Source of the DNA: an uncultured Clostridia bacterium
GTDB taxonomy: Bacteria > Bacillota > Clostridia > TANB77 > CAG-508
Assembly (NCBI GenBank): GCA_944386175.1
Contig: CALXAB010000001.1
Span: forward strand, 47,645 to 111,644
Direction of reading: 5' to 3'
Length of the DNA stretch: 64,000 nt
The notes under the pieces are model-generated. The model saw only the letters and a program-made list of their open reading frames with translations. It made no database searches and had not been told where the DNA came from. Made by a program: the position numbers and the translations under genes. Within the stretch, counting starts at the first letter, position 1. Every line of letters starts with the position of its first letter. Below, in pieces: positions 9,554 to 20,345 of this stretch.

Positions 9554-11422
9554 TTATTTTTTATTTATAACTACTCTATATATAATTCCTGTGTCTGTAT
9601 CTTTTTCAAATTCTATTCTATAATAACTTTCTGGTTCTATTGAACTTTTTATAAATACTATATTTTGATCTGTTACTTCATATTCTGTACCATCAAAATT
9701 TATCTCTTTTATTTTTTGAGTTCCTTCTTCTTCATTATTTGTTTGAATTACTGTCAATAACCCTCTTGTTGTTGTTCCCATAGAGTTTGTACTTTGATAT
9801 GGTTCAAATTTAGCATTAAATGCTGATATCTCTATTCCTTCTAATTCTGATATAGAACTTTCTGCTATACTATTTGCAGAATTTAAGATTGACATAGTTG
9901 GGATAAATTTTAGTAATGGATTTTCTGTCTCACTAAGTCCTAATTCTTCCATTTGCTCTTTGTTTACTTGTGTAATCCTTTCTATTATTGAACTCATTAA
10001 ATTATCTACTTGTGATTGGTCATATTCACTTAATATTATCGCATTTCTGTTTGTCAATTCTTCTATATTGGCTGTTTCTACAAAATTTACTTTATTATTT
10101 AACTGATATTTATATGCTATTTTTTGTGTTTCTTCATTATCATTTTCACTAATGTTTGTGTTATTACTTTCAATTTCGCTACTTTCAGATCCATTTTCTA
10201 TATTTGTATCTTCTTCATTAGAAGTATTAGTATTTTCAAGTTCTGCATTTATATCCTCTTCGCTATTTAATTCATTATCTGTTGATTCATTCTCATCTTG
10301 ATATGATGTTTCTATATTTTTAGTTTTTGAATTCATAATATTTAATTCTAAAGTGTAAGTCTCTTCAATATTTTGTAATGAATTTAGTCCTTTATATTCC
10401 ATAGTAAAAACTATATTCTCATTATCTTCTATATTTGCTAAAGTTATTGAATATTTTAAATTTTCATCATCACTATTTTTTTCTATAATAAATGAGTTAT
10501 CATTATCTTTTATTTCAATCTTAGATAAACTATTATTGCTTGTATATAAAATAATATCAATACTATCATTTTGGTTGTTTGTATCCTCATTAAGCTCTAC
10601 AATAATATTATCTATATCAGCTGATGTAAGATTTGTAGAAAACATTTCATTTATATTACTTAATAATTGTTGATCATTTTTCAAATTTTCTAATAAAACA
10701 ATTTCTAAATCATTTAATTCTTGGTATGTTAAAGTCAATTTGTATCCATTATCAACTTTTGAAAATTTATCATCTGATAATCTCGAATTTATTATTTCAA
10801 TATATTTATCTAACTCAACTTTTAGTTGTTCTTTGTTAATAGTTTTTGATAATTCTAAATTCCCAATATTATTTGATAAATTACCTTGTACTTGTATATC
10901 TGATATATTTTCAGCTATATATTTACTTCCAATATATTTTGTTTGCACTCCCATAGTATCTGATAATTTTCTTACTGTAAGAGGGAAAACAACATCTGGA
11001 GAATAATTTATATTTATATTTTGTTCAAAATTTTTATTTTTTAAATCTAATATACCATCAAAAGATATGTTCATTTGATTTAATATTTCATATTCACTTT
11101 GATTTGCTTCATTTGTTACATTACACGTTAAATCTCCACTATTTTCATATGGTTCACTTATTATCTTATTATAATATTCTATTATATCATTCGAAATAAA
11201 TCCCTTTTTTTCATCTATTATTTGTGAAGCATACTCAAAAAATATTTGTTTTTTACTTCTAATTAAATCTGTTGCAAAATACATATATGCAACACCTGAT
11301 AAAATTAATATTAATAGTGTAACTATTATTAAAATTATCACTATTTTTTTGCTTTTGTTTGATTTCATAAAAAACCTCCATTGGAACAACTTATTATATT
11401 TTGATAATTTTATTCTTCCCAA
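9554..11422 (-). CDS. Hypothetical membrane-anchored or secreted protein with an acidic low-complexity region
   Basis: The likely start is the internal MKSNKSKK at 11368. One N-terminal TM/signal anchor. An Asn/Glu/Ser-rich acidic stretch. No family recognised. Confidence 0.4.
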   Translation of the reverse strand: MGRIKLSKYNKLFQWRFFMKSNKSKKIVIILIIVTLLILILSGVAYMYFATDLIRSKKQIFFEYASQIIDEKKGFISNDIIEYYNKIISEPYENSGDLTCNVTNEANQSEYEILNQMNISFDGILDLKNKNFEQNININYSPDVVFPLTVRKLSDTMGVQTKYIGSKYIAENISDIQVQGNLSNNIGNLELSKTINKEQLKVELDKYIEIINSRLSDDKFSKVDNGYKLTLTYQELNDLEIVLLENLKNDQQLLSNINEMFSTNLTSADIDNIIVELNEDTNNQNDSIDIILYTSNNSLSKIEIKDNDNSFIIEKNSDDENLKYSITLANIEDNENIVFTMEYKGLNSLQNIEETYTLELNIMNSKTKNIETSYQDENESTDNELNSEEDINAELENTNTSNEEDTNIENGSESSEIESNNTNISENDNEETQKIAYKYQLNNKVNFVETANIEELTNRNAIILSEYDQSQVDNLMSSIIERITQVNKEQMEELGLSETENPLLKFIPTMSILNSANSIAESSISELEGIEISAFNAKFEPYQSTNSMGTTTRGLLTVIQTNNEEEGTQKIKEINFDGTEYEVTDQNIVFIKSSIEPESYYRIEFEKDTDTGIIYRVVINKK

Positions 11423-12129
11423 TTATGATAAATGTTAGCAACATCATCTAAGTCTTCTAATCTTTCAATTAGTCTTTCCATTTTTTCTACACCTTTTTCA
11501 TCAAGAGTAACTGTTGTTGTTGGCACCATTTGAACTTCTGCTTCCAAAAATTTCAATCCTGATTCTTCTAGTTTTTCACGGACAGATGTAAAATCTGATG
11601 GATCTGTTGTAATTTCATATATTTCTTCTGATGTTTGAAAATCTTCTGCCCCTGCATCTAATGCTAACATCATTAATTCCTCTTCATCCATTGAAGTTTC
11701 TGCTTTTTCTATTATTATAACTCCTTTTTTGTTAAACATATATGATACACAACCTGTTGTTCCTAAATTTCCTCCTGATTTGTCAAATGCATGTCTTACA
11801 TCTGCTGCTGTTCTGTTTTTATTGTCTGTTGCTGCTTCTACAATAACTGCTACACCATTTGGTCCATATCCTTCATATGTAATTTCTTCATAGTTTTCGT
11901 TACTTGTTGATGCTTTTTTTATTGCATTATTTATTGTGTCATTTGGCATATTTGCTGCTTTACATTTTGCAATTACATTTTTTAATTTTGAGTTTCCTGC
12001 TGGGTCTGGTCCTCCTTCTTTTACTGCTATTAATAATTCTCTTCCTAGTTTTGTGAATATTTTTCCTCTTGCTGCATCTGCTTTTCCTTTTTTGGCTTGT
12101 ATGTTGTGCCATTTTGAGTGACCACTCAT
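11410..12129 (-). CDS. yebC: YebC/PmpR family DNA-binding transcriptional regulator
   Basis: [31 protein letters not shown]... is the invariant YebC N-terminus. Size 239 aa. Confidence 0.9.
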   Translation of the reverse strand: MSGHSKWHNIQAKKGKADAARGKIFTKLGRELLIAVKEGGPDPAGNSKLKNVIAKCKAANMPNDTINNAIKKASTSNENYEEITYEGYGPNGVAVIVEAATDNKNRTAADVRHAFDKSGGNLGTTGCVSYMFNKKGVIIIEKAETSMDEEELMMLALDAGAEDFQTSEEIYEITTDPSDFTSVREKLEESGLKFLEAEVQMVPTTTVTLDEKGVEKMERLIERLEDLDDVANIYHNWEE

Positions 12130-12310
12130 TTTATTTCCTCCTTCATTTTTCTTTTATTATTAATATCTATTTTTTAGATTAAATAAACTTTCTAGGTTAT
12201 TCTATCATATTTTTTTAGTTTTGTGTAGTATTTTTTTATATTTTTACATTTACGCAGTTAATTTGCATGTTATTATTTTATTATTTAAATTGTAATTTAT
12301 CTCCTACCTA

Positions 12311-12430
12311 TTAAATGAAATGCAAAACAATAGGAATAAGCAGAATTAAAATTACACCTACTGCACATATAGCAATCACTTTTTGAAAACTTCGTTTTTG
12401 TTGTTCACTCATATTATTATACCATTTCAT
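12311..12430 (-). CDS. Small membrane protein of 39 aa (MKWYNNMSEQQKRSFQKVIAICAVGVILILLIPIVLHFI)
   Basis: Not in the ORF track because it is under 60 aa. A strong RBS aggaggtaatagtgt precedes the ATG. Single TM helix. Confidence 0.35.
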   Translation of the reverse strand: MKWYNNMSEQQKRSFQKVIAICAVGVILILLIPIVLHFI

Positions 12431-12488
12431 ACACTATTACCTCCTAATAAATCAAACAAAAAATTACTATTTTTGTTTAACTATTGCC

Positions 12489-12692
12489 TCATCTTTTTAC
12501 TAATTTCTTTACTTCTTCAAACTTTCCAAATCCCACGTCACCTAAATGATATACCGTATCTGTATTCTTAACGACGGAATTCCATCTTTCAATTATACAT
12601 TTGTTCATTTCTTCAATATTTTTAAATGGTCTATTACAGTATTTAATTATATTTGTATGATTAAAATGTGTATCAGCTATAAAATATATCAT
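12489..12692 (-). pseudogene. Truncated metallophosphoesterase (N-terminal 67 aa only)
   Basis: [12 protein letters not shown]...[10 protein letters not shown] are the calcineurin-like phosphoesterase motifs I and II. The ORF ends after 67 aa, whereas homologues are 150-180 aa. Confidence 0.5.
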
Positions 12693-12709
12693 ACACTCTC
12701 CCTTTCTGC

Positions 12710-13564
12710 TTAAACAGTTGAAACTTCTATATCTAAACTTGAAATAAATTCTTTTAGTTCTTTTATTATTTCTTCAAACTTAATATCATTTGCATATTTA
12801 TTCTTTTTAGCATATCCATTCCATAAACTTACAATTCTATCATATGAAGATATATTATCTAAAATCTGTTCATAATCCTTTAAATATCCAAGCGATTCTC
12901 TTTTATCAAATGTATTTTTTATTGATAGTTTTAAATTCTTAATATCAATATTATCTTTAAATTTGCTTAAAAACATATGTACATCATAGTAATCCTTCAT
13001 TCTGCTATTATACTATCCTCTTCTTAAAATGGTTTCAATTTTTTCAGATATGATTGTTTCAGCGTTATATGTATAAATTAATATCTTTTTATTTTCAAAT
13101 AATGATGGATAACTATACTCCAACTCTTTTGGTACAACTTTATCTCCTGTAGAAATATCAATATCTAAATTAATTTTAACATTTTCTAATTTTCCAATTA
13201 AATGATATTTATTTCCACCATATTCATCATCTTCTCTTATATCAGTTATATCAATTAATTCAAACTTCACTCCATCTTTTAAATCAATATTTAATATTTC
13301 GTTTAAAACTTTTGCCATCTGTTCTTTAGAAATATCTAAACCCTTGATTGTTGTATCCATATCTCTTGTAGTTCTATTATTGATTCCAAATAGTGCTGAT
13401 AACAGTAAACCACCTTTTAATATAAAATTTTCTTGATATTTTGAAAGTGAAATTCTTTCTAAGATTCTTTCAAACATAAATCTTTGTAACAATTCATAAT
13501 GATTTAGTTGGTATTTTTTCTCTAGTTCCTTTGATTTTTGTTTAAGTTCTTTATATTTTATCAC
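12710..13564 (-). pseudogene. AbiEii/DUF1814 nucleotidyltransferase toxin (type IV TA), interrupted by an in-frame TAG at 13013-13015
   Basis: The 183-aa and 96-aa ORFs are in the same frame, separated only by a TAG and four codons. Both halves align colinearly with the intact AbiEii at 53266-54111. Confidence 0.75.
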
Positions 13565-14153
13565 TCATCAAAACCTCCATTATAATAGTTAATTTCTCAT
13601 ATACATTAAATATTTTAGCATATTCATCTAATAGTTTTAAATTTTTATCCTTTAAATTAAAATAACTTTTCAAAATTTTATTATATAATTCTATATCGTA
13701 CTCATCTTGTTTTTTTAGCATATCACATATACATCTTTCTAAATTATATACAATTATAGGATTACCATATGGACTTGTTATAGTAATTTTACCTATATTT
13801 AACTTTTCTTTAGATACATAGTGAATTTTTACATTTTCTCTAATTCTTTTATGAGAATATGTAGTAACATCAAGTTCATATGGTACTCTTTCACTAATTC
13901 CCAGCAAGTGAAACGCAGTATTGTATGAATAAATAATATTGTTATAACGTTTTTGCAAAATATAGTATTCATCTTCAATTAATTTATTATCAATATATAA
14001 ACCTCTTGATACTCTTCTAATTATTCCTTTTTTAATTAATTCCGGAATATATATTCTTTGAATTCCGTTTTGCTCTATTTCACTAGATGTTATATAACCA
14101 TTATTTCTTTTTAAAAATTTTTCTATTTTTTTTATATTCATATTAACCTCCAT
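13551..14153 (-). CDS. AbiEi family antitoxin/transcriptional regulator
   Basis: About 200 aa, overlaps the downstream AbiEii. Homologous to the paralogue at 54108-54701 (GYITSSEIEQNGI vs GVIETYQVEDIGI; RVSRGLYI vs RVARGVYI). Confidence 0.75.
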   Translation of the reverse strand: MEVNMNIKKIEKFLKRNNGYITSSEIEQNGIQRIYIPELIKKGIIRRVSRGLYIDNKLIEDEYYILQKRYNNIIYSYNTAFHLLGISERVPYELDVTTYSHKRIRENVKIHYVSKEKLNIGKITITSPYGNPIIVYNLERCICDMLKKQDEYDIELYNKILKSYFNLKDKNLKLLDEYAKIFNVYEKLTIIMEVLMSDKI

Positions 14154-14391
14154 TACAAACGTACTACCATTTTATCATATTGTTGTACGTTTGTAAATGT
14201 TATACTTGAAATTTATTAAATTTCTTATTAACCAATATAGTTTATAGTGTATTTTTACACCATATCATATCATTTTGAATAACAATACATTTTATATCAA
14301 TAATTTACTTGTTTCAATTTTACTTATTTCTTTGTTATAAACTTACTTTGAAATTTACAAACATTTACATTTTTTAGCAAAAAAATATAGC

Positions 14392-14435
14392 CAATAGTGG
14401 AATATTTTTATTCCACTATTGACTACTTTTTTATC
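14392..14435. terminator. Perfect 12-bp-stem hairpin (CAATAGTGGAAT/ATTCCACTATTG) flanked by T-runs on both strands
   Basis: Seen directly in the sequence. It lies in a 900-bp ORF-free gap. Confidence 0.4.
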
Positions 14436-15049
14436 TATTTTTTTCATTTGTGTAGTATTTTTACAAATATTTTTTGTATTTTACTTATGTGAGTTGTACA
14501 TTTTTTATTGTTTAAATTTATTTATAATCTTAATCTCATTGATCTTTCAAAAAACATTATTAATTGTACAAAAAGCTTTGAATGAAAAAAATTCAACCTA
14601 CTTTTTTGTTACCTATATTAAATATATTTTTTTATAAAAGCCATAAAATAAATTTTATTTATAAATTCATTTTATAGCTTAATTCTAATCAATTTGCTCT
14701 AAATTAATTAATTCATTTTCTTTAAATGTTAATTTTAGTAAACATGGTGATTTTATATTTAGTATTTTTTCATTTTATAAACAAGTGTAAATGTTAAAAT
14801 AAGATTTTTAGTTTATCAAAAACATAGGAAATGGAGAAACCACAAAGTGGTTTGTCTATTGAAATATGAAAAATACATCTACAACAGTCAAATTACAGAG
14901 GTGTTTTTCTTTTGTTGGTTATTTTTGTTTGCTAATATTATTACTAATGCAATAATTAAGGCAAACGTAATGATAGTTAACCCTATTAATGAATAATATA
15001 GTTTGTATAGCACCTAAAATAATTCCAAGTTCTGTTAGAGTTCTTGATA

Positions 15050-15877
15050 TTATTCACTTATTGTATATCCCGTAGTATCTGGTTTCGTAATATCTGTATC
15101 TTTAACCACACCAAATTCATATTTATAATCTGTTGTTCTATTATTTTGATTATCTATCATCTTTATTGCTAATCCAGTATCTACATCAATAAATTTTTCT
15201 GTATTGCCATCTCTTATTAAATAACATTCTTTTCTATTAAGTTCTATTTTATCTATACTTGTTGTAATTGCCATAAATAAGTTTTCGAATATATTTTGAC
15301 CAGTAAAGTAAACAGGATTAATGGTTATATCCGTTGAATTATTCAAAGTTTTTGTTGTCCCATTATCTATTAATGCTATTTTTTCTGTTTCCGACTTATA
15401 TAATATTATGTTAATAGTATCGTTTACTTCTGAAAATATACTCATTTTTCCCAAAGTTACGCCATTCTTATTAAATGATTCTAAAATACTCATTTGCCCA
15501 TTAGAATATGTTTCTGTTTTGGTATGATAATTTGTTTGATTTTTCATATCATTTGCTCGGTTTGATAAATTCATAAGTATCATTGTTTTTCTTCCTACTA
15601 CTATAATGAATAATATAACTACAATTAGTAAAATATTTCTTAAAAGTTTAAGTTTTCTGTTAAATTTTTTAATATATTTAACTTCTCTATTATCTCTTTT
15701 TGAACTATTTAGTTTTAAATCCTTTTGCATATTTTCAAATATGTTTTTACATTCTGTACATTCATTTAAATGTTCTTCAATGTATTTGTTTGTTTCTTCA
15801 TTTGTAAGTTTTTCTATATAATTTGGCAATAAATCTTGGATAATTTTACAATCTTTTTTTTCTTTCATACTAATCAA
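15050..15877 (-). CDS. Anti-sigma factor with a zinc-finger (zf-HC2-like) N-terminus and one TM helix
   Basis: Contains HLNECTECKNIFENMQ (CxxC...H). Co-located with, and overlapping, the ECF sigma gene. A single TM helix follows the cytoplasmic domain. Confidence 0.6.
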   Translation of the reverse strand: MISMKEKKDCKIIQDLLPNYIEKLTNEETNKYIEEHLNECTECKNIFENMQKDLKLNSSKRDNREVKYIKKFNRKLKLLRNILLIVVILFIIVVGRKTMILMNLSNRANDMKNQTNYHTKTETYSNGQMSILESFNKNGVTLGKMSIFSEVNDTINIILYKSETEKIALIDNGTTKTLNNSTDITINPVYFTGQNIFENLFMAITTSIDKIELNRKECYLIRDGNTEKFIDVDTGLAIKMIDNQNNRTTDYKYEFGVVKDTDITKPDTTGYTISE

Positions 15878-16418
15878 CCTCCTTTAATTGATTTTTTCCA
15901 CGATAAAATGTTACTCTAGCCCAGTTTTCTGTTTTATTCAAAATAATTCCTATCTCTTTAAAACTTAGTTCTCCAGTTATCCTTAGATACATTACTTCTC
16001 TTGTTTTATCATCTAAAGTTTGCATTTTTTTATATAATGAAATTTTTTCATCATTTGCAATAACTTGTTCTTCTACTGTATCTAATGCTTGTACATTTAT
16101 TAAATATTTCTCTTCTGTATTTATAACTTTTTTATTCTTTCTGCATTCATCATACCATAGATTTTTAGCTATCTGACATAACCATACTGCCATTTTACAT
16201 TCGCCTTTGTATGTATTTATTTTCTTTACAGCTTTATAAAAAGTTTCTTGCGTAAGTTCTTCAGAGATATCATTATTATGACTTAAACAGAATAGATATT
16301 TGTTTACTATTTCAAAATACTCTTCGTATATTTTTTCGATATCCTGCATAACTTTTGTCCCCCTTATATATGACGTATAAAAATTCGATTCGTTACAAAG
16401 TTTGTTAAATTTTTTCAT
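15870..16418 (-). CDS. ECF-family RNA polymerase sigma-70 factor
   Basis: Region 2 (ELTQETFYKAVKKINTY) and region 4 HTH (LSFKEIGIILNKTENWARVTFYRGKNQL). The likely start is MQDIEKIYEEY at about 16349. Confidence 0.75.
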   Translation of the reverse strand: MKKFNKLCNESNFYTSYIRGTKVMQDIEKIYEEYFEIVNKYLFCLSHNNDISEELTQETFYKAVKKINTYKGECKMAVWLCQIAKNLWYDECRKNKKVINTEEKYLINVQALDTVEEQVIANDEKISLYKKMQTLDDKTREVMYLRITGELSFKEIGIILNKTENWARVTFYRGKNQLKEVD

Positions 16419-16649
16419 TTTTTTATTCTATTATATCAAAAATAGCAGATTTTTGTACTTAAAATGAAATCTCCTTATTAAACTTTTTTGTCTAATAATT
16501 TGAGTTCACTTCATTTTTTTCTGCTATTAATTAGAACTATAAATTATTATTTTGTAATTACAATATGTTGACTATTTAAACACATTTTATAACTAGTTAA
16601 GCTTACTAAATGGCTAATTTTGTATTTATTATTATATGTTTTATCTTTA

Positions 16650-17355
16650 TCACAACTCCATTTCTTGACTATCTAATATTTTTGTACATTTTTCTCTTTC
16701 TTTTTTTATTCCTTCTTGTATTGATGTTTTTATCAATGCTTTTAAATGTTCTGGTTCTGGATAATCTTTCTTATCTAAGGCTGCAAGAACAAACTTGTCT
16801 CTTATACTAAACCTTGTTATTTTTCCTTGTTCATTAGTAACTCTTAAAAGTTGATCTAATAAAATTCCAATATCCATAGGAAAACCATGCTCTCTTGAAT
16901 ATCTCTCAGCAAAAGCAAGTGTTGTTCGTGTATTACCATCTCTAAAAGGATGTACTCTCCACATTTTTACAATATTGTCTGTAAATTCTGCTGTTACTTC
17001 ATCAATATTTTTACCTGACCAATTAGAATTATTCAGTACAGTAAGAACTTTATCTAACTCTCCGCTCAATATTTTGTGGTTCAGAATATTCTAAGCTTAG
17101 ACCTGGAATAACTACTTCTTCTTTGTATATAGGAACTGTTCTAAACTCTCCTGCCCATTCAAATATATCTTCAAAAATATGTTTATGGAGTCTTTTTATA
17201 TAATCAATATCATATTTTTACTTAAATTCTTCTCCTACATCTATTAATTTTACAAAACCTATATCTTTTTCAGCACTATTTAACTCATCATATTCTTTAA
17301 TTCCTAGTTTATTTTTTAGAGTTCCGTTATCTTGAATATATGGATCTTTCATATT
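16650..17355 (-). pseudogene. Fic/DOC family protein broken by stops and frameshifts
   Basis: The Fic motif HPFRDGNTRTT lies in the 139-aa ORF. The N-terminal part (MKDPYIQDNGTLKNKLGIKEYDELNSAEK..., then ...FEWAGEFRTVPIYK...) lies at 17070-17355 in other frames with intervening stops. Confidence 0.65.
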
Positions 17356-17398
17356 TTATTACATTCCCCCATTAACAAAATTATAATTTAAAATCATC

Positions 17399-17596
17399 TT
17401 ATTTGTTCTTATTATATCTATTAATTACTCTTTCTTGCAATTCCTTTAGTTCTATTTCTCCTTTTATATATTGTTTAGCTAAAGCGATTGTTTCGTCTGT
17501 AGGTATATCCGCACCTGACATTGAAATACCTAAAGCTTTTTTTAATAGTTCTTTTCTCTCTTCAACACTTGTTTCATTAACTTTATAACTACTCAT
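17399..17596 (-). CDS. Small antitoxin-like protein resembling the VbhA family (class I Fic antitoxin)
   Basis: 65 aa, immediately upstream of the fic pseudogene. The C-terminal GEIELKELQERV resembles the VbhA GEITLDEL motif. Confidence 0.45.
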   Translation of the reverse strand: MSSYKVNETSVEERKELLKKALGISMSGADIPTDETIALAKQYIKGEIELKELQERVINRYNKNK

Positions 17597-17736
17597 ATTA
17601 ACTTTCCTTTCTCTTTCGGATATATTTTATCACATTTTATTTATTTTGTGTAGTATTTTTTCTATCTATGGTCTTACATATATTGTGCATATGTAAATCT
17701 ATCATTATCAATATTCATTATCTTTTACTTTTCTAA

Positions 17737-18819
17737 TTATTTTTCTACTCCTAACAAAAAATCATCAAATAATTTTTCTATGTATTCGGAAGGAATATCT
17801 TTATCCTGATTTTCTTTTTTATTTTTTAGCATAGTTATCAAATCATTCTCATTTAATGTTAATATTAATTGCCCCTGGTCTCTTAAAATTCCTTTGCATA
17901 TGCTTTTAGCATTTTTATTAATTCCTTCCCTACTTATCACTATTGCAACTGTTCGTAATGTATTTTTATTTAAATATTTATTTGTAGTCTCAATTTGGTC
18001 CTGTGTAATTTTACTATTGTAATTTTTAAATTCAAATATAATATATCTAGATTTATATATTTCATACAACATTTTCCAAAATCCATCTTGCTGTTTTACT
18101 TTTCCTAATAAATCTATTCTATGCAAATTATTATCACAATTTATCTGTGATTTCCAACCATATATATAATCTCCAAATAGATATTTTAATACTTTTTCTC
18201 CTATTTTTTCAAATTCTTTTGAGCCTTCTTTTCCTTTTTTTATATTCTTTATCTCATTTATATATTTGTCTTCTATGTTTATACATTTCTCTTTTTCTGG
18301 ATTTTCTACATAGTTCATATATTTTTCTAAATCTATTTTTTGCGGAACATAATCTATAATTGAAAATGTTAACATATTCTTTAGCTGTTCCAGTAGATCT
18401 TGATTGTTCTTTATCAAGTACATAATATTAGCAATATCTATTATAATTATATTGTCTTTTTTATAATAATCCTTTTGTTGTTCATCAACACTTCCAAATA
18501 TAATAACAAATGAATACTTATTTAGTTTTTCTTTTGGATAAATTTCTCTATAACTTTTCAATTGGTTTATTGCACTAATAATAGTATTTTTTGAATTGTT
18601 CTTTACTTCTTTTATTTCTACTAATATATCAAGATTATTAGCACTTTTTAAAACAAAATCTATTATTTTATTTTTGATTCGCAATTCTTTTTTATATTCA
18701 ATACTTAAATATTGAAACATTTTTTCTATAAAATCATCTACTTGTTGAAAAAAGAAAACAAACATATTCATTCCTTCATCTCCTATCTCTATATATAGAT
18801 TATTTTTCGATATTTTCAT
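17737..18819 (-). CDS. Hypothetical protein with two tandem PD-(D/E)xK nuclease-like motifs
   Basis: IDFVL...LDILVEIKEVK at the N-terminus and IDLLG...IIFEFKNY in the C-terminal half both fit the hydrophobic-D...ExK restriction-endonuclease fold signature. Confidence 0.4.
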   Translation of the reverse strand: MKISKNNLYIEIGDEGMNMFVFFFQQVDDFIEKMFQYLSIEYKKELRIKNKIIDFVLKSANNLDILVEIKEVKNNSKNTIISAINQLKSYREIYPKEKLNKYSFVIIFGSVDEQQKDYYKKDNIIIIDIANIMYLIKNNQDLLEQLKNMLTFSIIDYVPQKIDLEKYMNYVENPEKEKCINIEDKYINEIKNIKKGKEGSKEFEKIGEKVLKYLFGDYIYGWKSQINCDNNLHRIDLLGKVKQQDGFWKMLYEIYKSRYIIFEFKNYNSKITQDQIETTNKYLNKNTLRTVAIVISREGINKNAKSICKGILRDQGQLILTLNENDLITMLKNKKENQDKDIPSEYIEKLFDDFLLGVEK

Positions 18820-19154
18820 TTATCTTTTTTTAATTTATTAACAGCTTTAATAAATACACTAAAAAACATACTCTAAAAATACTATTCCATCTAAATGATT
18901 ACATTCATGTTGCACTAATCTTGCAAAAAATCCATTTAATTGTTTTTGTATTTTTTCCCCATTCTTATTATAATAAGTTATTCTTCATCACATTTTTTGT
19001 TAAGAATAGGCTCTCCTACTTCTCTTACTTTTAAGACTTTTTCCATGTATATTTTCCTCTTTTAAAATAATATTTCTTTATAAATTTCTACTTGTTGTAG
19101 TATAAACTAATATTACATTTAATTTTTTCATTTATAATCTTCTCCAAAATTTTT

Positions 19155-19991
19155 TTATATATTATCAGTATTAATTCCTAATTTTTTAAAATTTGCATTA
19201 ATTCTTGTCATGTCTCTATATCTTCCTTCTTTTAGTTCAAATCTGTAATTTTCTTTTTCTATATTTATCTTCTCATCATTCAGTTCTTTTTCTATATTAT
19301 ATGGGAGTTTTATAAATTGAAAAGAAATCTCTGATGTATAATCTTTACTTCCATATTCTCCTTCAATAATTAAATAAAAAGCTTTTGTTGTTTCTAAAAC
19401 ATTGCTATCTTTATTCCTATTTCTAATAACATCAAAAGAATTTCCTACACTTCCAACATTTATTATTGTTTTATTATATATTTTGTCCATATATGGGTGA
19501 TGAATATGCCCATATATTACAACATCTGCAATATTTTGTGATACTGTTTTTTCAGTTGGTAAAAACATTTGATATTTAGTATCTATACTATCAACATTTA
19601 ATATAGCTTTATTATTTACTTTTGGTGTTGCATGAAATACCCTCACTAAACTTCCACTCATATAAAACTCATAACAAAATGGTAGGTTTAATAAGTATTC
19701 TTTATCTTCTTTAGCTAATAATGACTGATTCCATTTAATTCTTTTTTGCTCTTGTTTAGGCATATTTCCTATATTTTCATGACTTTTTGAAAAATGTTCA
19801 TCACAATTTCCTTGTAATACCACATCACAGTTTTCTTTTATCAATTCAACACATTCTTTTGGATGTACTCCTTTGGCTATAATATCACCTAAACATATAA
19901 TCTTATCTACATTTCTTTTTTCTATATCTTTTAAAGTTACCTTTAATGCTTCTAAGTTGCCATGTATATCTGAAATTATTGCTATCCTCAT
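19155..19991 (-). CDS. Metallophosphoesterase (calcineurin-like) with a C-terminal extension
   Basis: Contains MRIAIISDIHGN...LGDIIAKG...GHIHHP motifs. 278 aa. Confidence 0.75.
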   Translation of the reverse strand: MRIAIISDIHGNLEALKVTLKDIEKRNVDKIICLGDIIAKGVHPKECVELIKENCDVVLQGNCDEHFSKSHENIGNMPKQEQKRIKWNQSLLAKEDKEYLLNLPFCYEFYMSGSLVRVFHATPKVNNKAILNVDSIDTKYQMFLPTEKTVSQNIADVVIYGHIHHPYMDKIYNKTIINVGSVGNSFDVIRNRNKDSNVLETTKAFYLIIEGEYGSKDYTSEISFQFIKLPYNIEKELNDEKINIEKENYRFELKEGRYRDMTRINANFKKLGINTDNI

Positions 19992-20094
19992 ATTTAATTC
20001 GACCTCTTTTCCTTATAACCAATTTATATCACAAAAAGCTAAATTTTCATAGTATTTTACCAATATTTCCAAACATATTTATCCTTAAATTTTA

Positions 20095-20345
20095 ATATAA
20101 TTTTATAAGTACACTTAGTGAACTTTTTCTTAAAAATCACTTCTTTTTTGTTCATTTAGTGAACTTTTGCACTCTAAAAAGCGTTTTTTATCCATTCACT
20201 CGGTGAATTTTTGCATCAGATCTGCATAAAATTTTTGTTTTTTTATTAACTCTTGAAGGCTTGCCCTTCAATGTGTATATGCGTTGCGTAATGCACGCTA
20301 TCCTGCCTTTAGTATTCACTTTAGTTCACCTTATCAAAATTAATT
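20095..20345. repeat. Remnant (right half) of the parS-like palindrome array family, with no recombinase attached
   Basis: About 85-90% identical to the distal 210 bp of the arrays at 36380-36890, 43200-43625 and 50940-51350, including the shared terminus ...TTAACTCTTGAAGGCTTGCCCTTCAATGTGTATA...CCTGCCTTTAGT. Confidence 0.7.

Noticed and set aside
1-12200. A skin-like intervening element inside a sporulation gene (dpaB, spoVB or spoIIIA)
   Set aside because: All sporulation ORFs here are full-length and uninterrupted. The serine-recombinase elements sit elsewhere (purD, transporter leader).
14880-15050. Small minus-strand membrane peptide (…IGLTIITFALIIALVIILANK…)
   Set aside because: No in-frame start codon precedes the hydrophobic stretch. 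The only ATG-initiated frame terminates after 23 codons.
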